A stretch of DNA of 64,000 nt from Alphaproteobacteria bacterium (GCA_017528045.1 JAFXPG010000014.1:2252-66251); one strand, 5' to 3'; counted from the first letter of the stretch, positions 38,488 through 45,252 are shown. Made by a program: numbers and translations. Notes: generated from the letters alone by a model not told the origin.

Positions 38488-40227
38488 ATGTTTTATAATG
38501 GACGCATGAAAACGAAATCCTATATTGCTGATAATAAAAAACTCATGCTTGAATGGGACTTGGGGCGTAATATTGATTTAGATCCACAAAAAACAGGTAG
38601 AAATTCTAACAAAAAGGCGTGGAGGAAATGTTCTAAGTGTGGATATGAGTGGCAAGCTCAGATAAATAATCGGTCAAGAGGTGCTGGGTGTCCATGTTGT
38701 TCGAAAAGGGCTTTTATACCTGGAGTTAATGATTTAGCTACTGTTTATCCAGAAATAGCAAAAGATTGGCATCCCACAAAGAATGGTACACTTATGCCAA
38801 ATAATATTGGTAGAAGTGCATCTAAGAAAGTTTGGTGGAAATGCCATAAATGTGGGTATGAATGGCAAACTACAGTTTCGGGAAGAACCAGCAGTGTATC
38901 TAAATGCCCAATGTGTATTGGTAGGGTACTGGTTCCTGGGAAAAATGATCTGGCTACAAAATATCCTGGATTAGCGACAGAATGGCATCCAACGAAGAAT
39001 GAACAAATAGCACCTATAAATGTTATGCCTGGAACGCACACGAAATACTGGTGGAAGTGTTCTAAATGCGGGCATGAGTGGCAGGCTTCACCAAACAACA
39101 GAACAACACATAATTCAATATGTCCTCAATGTTCTATAAACACGTATGCTATTGAGGGTGTTAATGATTTAGCAACGACACATCCTGGATTGGCAAAAGA
39201 ATGGCATCCCACAAAGAATGGTAATCTGACACCACAAAAATGTAGATATGGTTCTAGCCGAAAAGTATGGTGGTTGTGTCCTAATTGTGGTCGTGACTAT
39301 CAAGCTAGCATTTATGGTCGTGTTATGGGGTCTGGCTGTAGACGGTGTATACATACAAATCATACATCTTATCCCGAACAGGCTTTGTTTCATTACATTC
39401 AACAGGTCTATCCCGATGCCATCAATAGATATAAAACAGATTGGTTAGGAAGAATGGAATTAGATATTTTTATTCCATCACTTAATTATGCAATTGAATA
39501 CGATGGTTCCAGATGGCATACAAAAAGCACTATTAAACAAGAACAAAAGAAATATGCCTTGTGTCATGATCATAATATTACTCTCCTAAGGGTTAGGGAA
39601 GAGATATCAGAATTAGGAACTGATATAGCAGATCGTGAAATAGGAGTTGTTACAAAAGATGGAAAACCCTGTTTGGAAGCAACCATAATAGAAGTAGTTC
39701 GATTTATAAATTTTTCACTTAAACGTGTGTCAATAAATCTTAAACAAGACGAGTTAAATATTAGAGAAAAATATTTATGCAAACCGAGAGATTCATTACA
39801 AAATAAATATCCAGAAATAGCAAAACAATGGCACCCAGAGAAGAATGGACAGATAACACCAGATATGGTAAAACCTGGTTCGGAAATTAAAGTCTGGTGG
39901 AAATGTTCCAAATGTGGTTATGAATGGCCCTCAAGCATAAAACACAAAACAAGAACAAAAAAAGCCACGTGTCCGGCTTGTTCAAATCAAGTACTGATCC
40001 CTGGGCGAAATGATTTAGCAACGACTCATCCTGAATTAGCAAAAGAATGGCATCCAACGAAAAATGGCGATGTGACCCCAAACAATATTATCACAGGAAA
40101 TGGAAGAAAATACTGGTGGAAGTGTTCTAAATGCGGATATGAGTGGCAGGCAACAATAACTCATAGAAAGTTTTCAAACTCAGGTTGTCCAGATTGTTAC
40201 AAGCGTACAAGAAAGCACAAACACTAA
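38488..40227 (+). CDS. Six-fold zinc-ribbon (DUF4379-type) repeat protein with a central PD-(D/E)XK-like (Vsr/DUF559-like) nuclease core
   Basis: Six modules of the form NDLAT..P.LAKEWHPTKNG.L.P.......KVWWKC.KCGYEWQA....R.....CP.C, four N-terminal and two C-terminal. The central block is ELDIFIPSLNYAIEYDGSRWH...ITLLRVRE. The module DNA is also repeated at nucleotide level (for example about 39167-39215 versus 40013-40060). Confidence 0.75.
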   Translation: MFYNGRMKTKSYIADNKKLMLEWDLGRNIDLDPQKTGRNSNKKAWRKCSKCGYEWQAQINNRSRGAGCPCCSKRAFIPGVNDLATVYPEIAKDWHPTKNGTLMPNNIGRSASKKVWWKCHKCGYEWQTTVSGRTSSVSKCPMCIGRVLVPGKNDLATKYPGLATEWHPTKNEQIAPINVMPGTHTKYWWKCSKCGHEWQASPNNRTTHNSICPQCSINTYAIEGVNDLATTHPGLAKEWHPTKNGNLTPQKCRYGSSRKVWWLCPNCGRDYQASIYGRVMGSGCRRCIHTNHTSYPEQALFHYIQQVYPDAINRYKTDWLGRMELDIFIPSLNYAIEYDGSRWHTKSTIKQEQKKYALCHDHNITLLRVREEISELGTDIADREIGVVTKDGKPCLEATIIEVVRFINFSLKRVSINLKQDELNIREKYLCKPRDSLQNKYPEIAKQWHPEKNGQITPDMVKPGSEIKVWWKCSKCGYEWPSSIKHKTRTKKATCPACSNQVLIPGRNDLATTHPELAKEWHPTKNGDVTPNNIITGNGRKYWWKCSKCGYEWQATITHRKFSNSGCPDCYKRTRKHKH

Positions 40228-40272
40228 CATATTCTAATTGGTTTATTTATCTGTATATCATATGGTTTTAAC

Positions 40273-41136
40273 TTAGACATTATAGTCAAAACAAATCCGT
40301 AAAAATTCTTCACCAAGCTTTGTTGGTCTTGCGGTATTGTAGTGTATTTTTATAGAATCTGCCCCATATTGATCTTTATGTTTCTTATATATAGCGCAAT
40401 CTTCGTATATATAATAATACAAGGGATTTGATAATTTGAACTCAGTATTATTCACTTCGAATAACCCTAGACGAAGCAAATTTTCTAAAGATAAGGTATC
40501 CTGTCGCATCTCTATTTCTGTAGTTGAAATTTTTTCTTCTCCAGAATACTTTGAAAATAGAAGGGGCTCTAAATACGAAAAACTACCTCTGGGTTTTACT
40601 TGTGGATCTGAATCTTTCGTTATAAATATTGTTCCCCATACTTTAAGTCTTTTTGTTATAAAGGATTGTAATACTTGAATATCATTTCTGTTTAGTTGAC
40701 CAATAATACTAACGAAAGCATCTTGATGTGATTGGGCGGTGTCGCGATTCATTGCGCTGGCAATCAATTTTGCAAATAATAATCTTTTTTCTTTTTCGTC
40801 CACATATTTTAAAGATTCTGTTATAGTCGGGTATGTTGATAATTTTGGTGTTATTTTTTTATCTTGTGGAACTTTATTGACTGCATCTACGATTTCTTGT
40901 GCGTAATTTTGTGCCAAATCTGGTGCGTAATTAGCCAATGCATCTTTCATTATTTGTTTAATTTGCCCAGATAATTCTGTTTCAGAATCCAAATTAAATA
41001 TCATAACAGCATTATTCGTTGTTTTATTACCAGCAACATTATCGCCGTTTTTATTTTTTATATTATTGCCAGTTCGTTTCCAATGAAAATTGAAACGTAA
41101 CAAGTTTGAAAGTTTGCAATCTTTAAGTATCATCAT
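40273..41136 (-). CDS. Abi-alpha (DUF4393)-like protein, tentative
   Basis: ...VPQDKKITP...ITESLKYVDEKEKRLLFAKLIASAMNRDTAQSHQDAFVSIIGQLNRNDIQVLQSF matches my recollection of the DUF4393/Abi_alpha core (..elremFanLLasamd....vhpsFveiikqLsp.Ea.iL). By eye only. Confidence 0.55.
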   Translation of the reverse strand: MMILKDCKLSNLLRFNFHWKRTGNNIKNKNGDNVAGNKTTNNAVMIFNLDSETELSGQIKQIMKDALANYAPDLAQNYAQEIVDAVNKVPQDKKITPKLSTYPTITESLKYVDEKEKRLLFAKLIASAMNRDTAQSHQDAFVSIIGQLNRNDIQVLQSFITKRLKVWGTIFITKDSDPQVKPRGSFSYLEPLLFSKYSGEEKISTTEIEMRQDTLSLENLLRLGLFEVNNTEFKLSNPLYYYIYEDCAIYKKHKDQYGADSIKIHYNTARPTKLGEEFLRICFDYNV

Positions 41137-41217
41137 TTTTGCCTTGTTTATATTATGCTAATAATATATATGCTTTAACGTAAAACACAACAAAAATCGT
41201 CTAAATTTAGCAAAATA

Positions 41218-41442
41218 CTAATAATGCGTTTTCTTTTTCCACAATGCAGCCATTTGGGATAGTTTGTGGTACAGCCGGCGGAATAGCCAAGCCTGTTTGC
41301 AGGTTAGATGCCCGTTTTGTCTGTAGTGCACATTCGATTCCAATTCGCGTAAAGATCTGCATGCTGCGAAATAAAGCATGATGAAATCAGTTTTGTTGTT
41401 TGGTTCAATTTCCTGAAAATGTTTATACTGCTTCATAGACAA
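41218..41442 (-). CDS. Hypothetical small protein
   Basis: 74-aa ORF in a GC-richer stretch. No motif. Confidence 0.35.
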   Translation of the reverse strand: MSMKQYKHFQEIEPNNKTDFIMLYFAACRSLRELESNVHYRQNGHLTCKQAWLFRRLYHKLSQMAALWKKKTHY

Positions 41443-41514
41443 TCCTTTTTAAGGTTGTCGTATTTGTCCGTATTTTGAATCAATTGTCCAGTCATTTGTT
41501 AAGTATTTAATATA

Positions 41515-41543
41515 TTGATTTTTCCGCTATTTTATGATATAAT
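41515..41543 (+). promoter_or_regulatory. Sigma70 promoter with extended -10 for the 41663/DUF488 operon
   Basis: TTGATT (41515-20), 17-nt spacer, TG-n-TATAAT (41535-43). Confidence 0.5.
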
Positions 41544-41557
41544 ATCTGACAATTAAG

Positions 41558-41643
41558 GGCGCATTTTTGCGCCGTTTTTATTGCTCGCTAAATCACCCAC
41601 AAAATTTTGCAATTTCGTGGGGCCCGATATGCGGGCTTTTTTT
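41558..41643 (+). promoter_or_regulatory. Leader with three consecutive hairpins, the last a canonical intrinsic terminator about 20 nt before the RBS (candidate attenuator)
   Basis: GGCGCatttttGCGCC (41558-73), CCCACAAAATTttgcAATTTCGTGGG (41596-621), and GCCCGatatgCGGGC followed by T7 (41622-43). Then aaaggag-N6-ATG at 41663. Confidence 0.5.
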
Positions 41644-41662
41644 ATTTAACAAAGGAGTAAAA

Positions 41663-42313
41663 ATGAAAAAATCTGACATTATTATTTCGGATATAACTTG
41701 TATGAAAGAAAAATTTTGTATTGCTGGTTTTGATACTTATGAAAAGCGTATGAAACGACTTATGATTGATGGTGGTTATTGGGATGAAAATCAAATACCG
41801 CGGACGTATTGTCAGATAATGGTTGAAAATGAACCCTTTGATGAACCGCGCGATTATCCGCACAGAACAGAAGATGTTAACATAAACTACGAATCTATAG
41901 AAATTGAAAGATATTTTGAACCTGGTAAAGAATTGGCTGATTGTTTGAAAGATACTGTATCAAAAGATATACAATCGATATTCAATCATCATGTCAAAGA
42001 AAAATCTTATGTTTTACAAAATACTAAATGCCCATCGCTTGGTGCGACAGTAATTTCTGCACGAGATATAGAATTCTTTACAGATGATGGTAAACTGCGT
42101 GCAAGTATAACGGATTTTTCTAAGCAAAAATATGATATGAAAGTCAGTTGCAAATACTTGCGTGATATTTTTGAAAGAACCAAAGATGTCGATAAATTAA
42201 ACTATATGGTTTCTCAGTCACAATATGCGCATTGCAGAATTGGTCTGGCGCGTAAATTTTTGATTCAGGAAAATCATTGCTATTTGATGCTAAATGGGCT
42301 ATTTTTATACTGA
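41663..42313 (+). CDS. Hypothetical protein (216 aa), translationally coupled to the DUF488 gene
   Basis: ATG at 41663 with an AAGGAG RBS; the ORF-track N-terminal extension covers the leader hairpins. Begins MKKSDIIISDITCMKEKFCIAGFD. No family confidently recognised. Confidence 0.65.
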   Translation: MKKSDIIISDITCMKEKFCIAGFDTYEKRMKRLMIDGGYWDENQIPRTYCQIMVENEPFDEPRDYPHRTEDVNINYESIEIERYFEPGKELADCLKDTVSKDIQSIFNHHVKEKSYVLQNTKCPSLGATVISARDIEFFTDDGKLRASITDFSKQKYDMKVSCKYLRDIFERTKDVDKLNYMVSQSQYAHCRIGLARKFLIQENHCYLMLNGLFLY

Positions 42314-42314
42314 T

Positions 42315-42740
42315 ATGACAAAGATATTTACGATTGGTTTTAGTGGCAAAAAGCCAGAAGTTTTTCTGGAAGTGCTGTCAGCGGCACGCATAAGTTGTGT
42401 GTGGGACATTCGGCTTTGGCGGACGAGCACTTATGTGCCATATTATAATGGCGATAATTTGGCAGCAGTGCTGGGTAATCGTTATGAATATCATCCAGAA
42501 TTTGCACCAAGCGGAGAATTTTTGGCTGATTATAAAGATAAAAAACTTGCTTGGGCAGAGTTCGAGCAGAAATATCGCGAATTGTTAAACGCGCGCAACC
42601 CGCTGCGAAATTTTGATACTCATAAACTAGACAGGATATGTTTACTTTGCACAGAAAAGACAGCCGATATGTGTCACAGACGGCTAGCAGCTGAATACAT
42701 CGCAAGCCAAATCCCAGATATTGAAATCGTACATTTATAA
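42315..42740 (+). CDS. DUF488 family protein
   Basis: IFTIGFSGK...F...L....I..VWDIRLW ... LLCTEKTADMCHRRLAAEYI matches the DUF488 pattern (iyTIGhs ... DVR..P ... LlC.E.....CHR..ia..l). The ATG lies 1 nt after the upstream TGA (TGAtATG). Confidence 0.72.
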   Translation: MTKIFTIGFSGKKPEVFLEVLSAARISCVWDIRLWRTSTYVPYYNGDNLAAVLGNRYEYHPEFAPSGEFLADYKDKKLAWAEFEQKYRELLNARNPLRNFDTHKLDRICLLCTEKTADMCHRRLAAEYIASQIPDIEIVHL

Positions 42741-42805
42741 TGCTTAGAACAGGGGACCAAGAATTCGTGTTCCTCATCTTTTTTGACCATGTAAATCACT
42801 TTTGT

Positions 42806-42926
42806 GTGTAGCCGGTGTGTAAACCGTGTGTAGCAAGGACAACGGAACGGCGTTACGGCATTTTGCGGGGTTGAAAAGGTGGTGTAAACTGTGTGTAAAC
42901 ACGTTCTGTGTAAACCACGTGTAAAA
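42806..42926 (+). repeat. Right-arm iterons: seven GTGTA(A/G)NN units in the same orientation as the left arm, mostly 11-bp phased
   Basis: Units start at 42806, 42817, 42828, 42882, 42893, 42908 and 42919. Confidence 0.75.
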
Positions 42927-42940
42927 CGTTATCTGGAGTT

Positions 42941-43000
42941 AAACCATATATTGATAGACTTTTTGCGTAAACGGTCAAATTTCTTTTCTTAATAAGTAGC
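42941..43000. repeat. Right member of the imperfect inverted repeat (partner at 37561-37620)
   Basis: AAACCATATATT (42951-62) and GGTCAAAT (42983-90). Confidence 0.65.
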
Positions 43001-43057
43001 GGTTATTAGCGCATTTTTTCGCAATTATCGTCTGTTAGGGAGGGTGCTCGGTCGCCG

Positions 43058-43100
43058 TTAACAGTCCGTTGTTCTACCGACTGAACTATGCCCGAATAAC
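43058..43100 (-). pseudogene. Orphan 5' half of tRNA-Asn (nt 1-38) with its own upstream promoter; right copy of the 43-bp direct repeat
   Basis: Identical to 37279-37321. No anticodon-stem 3' strand, T-arm or acceptor 3' strand follows. Promoter-like TTGACT-N17-TATTAT on the minus strand at 43108-43136. Confidence 0.85.
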
Positions 43101-43209
43101 GCGACATATAATAACCTTAAAATCCGCACAAGTCAAGGACTTTCTAAACATTTTGCAAAGAAAATTCATATACCGCAAGAATCTGCCTTTTAGGGCATTT
43201 TTTGCCAAG

Positions 43210-43228
43210 GTGTAGACTTGGTGTAGAT
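43210..43228 (+). repeat. Additional GTGTAGA iteron pair outside the island, 11-bp spacing
   Basis: gGTGTAGActtgGTGTAGAtgg. It is followed at 43283-43291 by another tccgttgtt core-like motif. Confidence 0.6.
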
Positions 43229-43482
43229 GGGAAAAAATCAGGTAAAAACACGAGCTTTTTTAGCAAAAATATTCTTTGTTATTCCGTTGTTTCGGCAAAA
43301 GTCTTGTTGTTTGTTGCGCTGTACACATAAAAAACTCCCCAGAAAACTGCCCAGAAAATTTTTGGTGTGTTGGTAAAAAATCCAATAGAATTAGCTGTAT
43401 CGGCCCGGACTGTGGCGGTCATTGGGAAGTAGTGTTTTGAATAAATGTGAAAAGAGAAGTAAAATATTGGAGTTGAACAAAT

Positions 43483-44268
43483 TTATCTTATACGTTTTAT
43501 TTCAATACCAACAACTTGTTCGTGGGTTAATTCTTCGCGTGATACAAATTTAGTAATTGTGTCCATAAGTTCTGTCATATCTTTAAAACCAGAACGTTTT
43601 ATATCAATCTTTTTAAACAAAGATTCAAAGTCCGGTGCAACGTGCATATTTAATATTTCACAAATGATATATTCATCAGGATTTTCTGCATCAAACAGCA
43701 AGAATTTGTCCCCGGTTTTCATCTTTTTACGTTTTTCATCGTATGCACGTAATTCGATATCTTTTTGACCAGATTTTATCATTTCGAAATATTTATTCCG
43801 AACACTCATAGAAAAACGACAGCCCAGATTAGACATAATATGTTTTGCAAAAAAATCACGCATATCGTCAATTTGAATAATTTGTGGGTCTGTTAAACTG
43901 GTAAAGTCTAACCAAACAACAGATATATTTTCATTTCGTTTTTCACAAAATTTTAAGTCAAGATTTTCTGTTTCGTGCGAAATAAAATAATGGTGTTCTT
44001 CGGACCATGCTCCGCGTTTTTCTGCTCGTTGCGGATCTGTGTGTTTGAAAGAATATGCAGCAGGAATTTCTGTGATTAAATTTAACATTTTTAATGAAGG
44101 TTCACCCAATTCTTCAGTCAATTCACGGCGCAGAGCATCCTTAAATTTTTCGCCATCATCCAAACGACCACCAATTGGACCATAGCCATCCTTACCATAA
44201 CGCAATAATGCAACTTTGTCATTGTGTATTGGCAAAATATAGGCAGAATAACTTTTGTTTTTTATCAT
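43483..44268 (-). CDS. NUDIX hydrolase fused to a C-terminal ASCH domain
   Basis: Perfect NUDIX box GRLDDGEKFKDALRRELTEELGE (Gx5Ex7REUxEExGU). The C-terminal MSVRNKYFEMIKSGQKDIELRAYDEKRKKMKTGDKFLLF is ASCH-like. Confidence 0.75.
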   Translation of the reverse strand: MIKNKSYSAYILPIHNDKVALLRYGKDGYGPIGGRLDDGEKFKDALRRELTEELGEPSLKMLNLITEIPAAYSFKHTDPQRAEKRGAWSEEHHYFISHETENLDLKFCEKRNENISVVWLDFTSLTDPQIIQIDDMRDFFAKHIMSNLGCRFSMSVRNKYFEMIKSGQKDIELRAYDEKRKKMKTGDKFLLFDAENPDEYIICEILNMHVAPDFESLFKKIDIKRSGFKDMTELMDTITKFVSREELTHEQVVGIEIKRIR

Positions 44269-44419
44269 ATATAATATCCCTTACCCAGATATTATTTTTG
44301 CATGTTTATTTTGATTTTCAAGGTTTTTATAAACGCTATTTTTATGTATAAGCTTGGTAATAAACATAACAGATCAAGCAATATTGTTATTATATAATTT
44401 TCATATAAGGAGTTGAATT

Positions 44420-45019
44420 ATGATTTATGGTTATATTCGTGTAAGCACAGATAAACAAGATTGCGATAATCAAAAAATAGGTATTGAATATAAAGCATAT
44501 GAATTGGGGTTAAAAATAGATAAATATATAGAAGATGCAGGAATTTCTGGAATAAAAGAACCGGAACAACGTGCATTAGGTGGATGTTTAAAAAAATTAA
44601 AATCCGGTGATATTATTATTTGTTCTGAATTGTCCAGATTAGGACGTAAACTTTTTATGATTATGCGTATTTTAGAACATTGTATGAAATGTGGTGCTAA
44701 AGTTTATACTGTCAAAGATGGTTATGAATTGGGTGATAATATACAATCTAAAGTTATGGCTTTTGCGTTTGGTTTGTCTGCGGAAATAGAACGTGATTTG
44801 ATAAGTCAAAGAACAAAAGAAGCTTTGTTTAAATTAAAACAACAAGGTAAAAAATTAGGTCGTAAATTTGGCAGTAAAAATAAAAAACATAAATTAGATG
44901 GTAAAACAGATATTGTAAAATATTTGTTAAACAAAAAGATTCCAAAGAAAAAAATAGCAAAACATTTAAAAGTAAGTGTGCCAACACTTTATTCTTTTAT
45001 TTACAAAATAAAGCATTAA
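44420..45019 (+). CDS. Small serine recombinase (resolvase/invertase family)
   Basis: MIYGYIRVSTDKQ catalytic-Ser motif, SRLGR, and a C-terminal HTH (IAKHLKVSVPTLYSFI). 199 aa. Confidence 0.88.
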   Translation: MIYGYIRVSTDKQDCDNQKIGIEYKAYELGLKIDKYIEDAGISGIKEPEQRALGGCLKKLKSGDIIICSELSRLGRKLFMIMRILEHCMKCGAKVYTVKDGYELGDNIQSKVMAFAFGLSAEIERDLISQRTKEALFKLKQQGKKLGRKFGSKNKKHKLDGKTDIVKYLLNKKIPKKKIAKHLKVSVPTLYSFIYKIKH

Positions 45020-45252
45020 TCAGCTGTTTTGTCTATGAATTTGAATAAATCTTGTGGAACAGATTTTGTAGCTGTTAAAACTTTTGCTATACTTTCTACG
45101 GACATCCAGCGTGGTTTTCCAGATTTATAAAATCTTTTGCTTTTATTGAAAATAGTTGGATCCAGTCCACAAAATTTAGCAAGACCAGAACATGTTAATT
45201 TGCGTTCTTTTGCAAACATATCTATTGCATGCCATATTTCATCGTGTGTCAT
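45016..45252 (-). CDS. Stand-alone HTH protein resembling the N-terminal domain of alphaproteobacterial S24/repressor-like regulators
   Basis: HDEIWHAIDMFAKERKLTCSGLAKFCGLDPTIFNKSKR....GKPRWMSVESIAKVL. No peptidase domain. Confidence 0.65.
   Translation of the reverse strand: MTHDEIWHAIDMFAKERKLTCSGLAKFCGLDPTIFNKSKRFYKSGKPRWMSVESIAKVLTATKSVPQDLFKFIDKTAD

Larger units (their letters stand above)
37322..43057. mobile_element. Integrase-less genomic island (CIME-like) between the two tRNA-Asn 5'-half repeats
   Basis: Flanked by the 43-bp direct repeat. About 0.7 kb of non-coding, repeat-rich DNA lies at each end. Cargo of six ORFs includes nuclease-like, Abi-alpha-like and DUF488 genes. Parts of it (41.2-43.5 kb) are visibly GC-richer. 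Confidence 0.6.

Noticed and set aside
37431-42930. Possibility that the short GTGTAAA repeats are a CRISPR array
   Set aside because: The units are only 8-11 bp, directly abutting at 11-bp phase with no 25-40-bp spacers. They are split between two island ends, and no cas genes are present. They behave like protein-binding iterons, not CRISPR repeats.
43058-43100. Second tRNA-Asn gene
   Set aside because: Only nt 1-38 are present. The sequence 3' of the anticodon loop (cggcgaccgagcaccc... on the minus strand) cannot form the anticodon-stem 3' strand, the T-arm or the acceptor stem. It is an att-type remnant, not a functional tRNA.
43221-43394. 57-aa basic ORF on the plus strand in the non-coding tract right of the orphan tRNA half
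   Set aside because: It has no RBS, it overlaps the iteron and core-like repeats and a duplicated CCCAGAAAA motif, and its composition looks non-coding.
44420-45019. The serine recombinase as the integrase of the 37322-43057 island
   Set aside because: It lies outside the direct repeats. At 199 aa it is resolvase/invertase-sized rather than a large serine integrase. Duplication of a tRNA segment is the signature of tyrosine integrases. It is kept as a separate observation.
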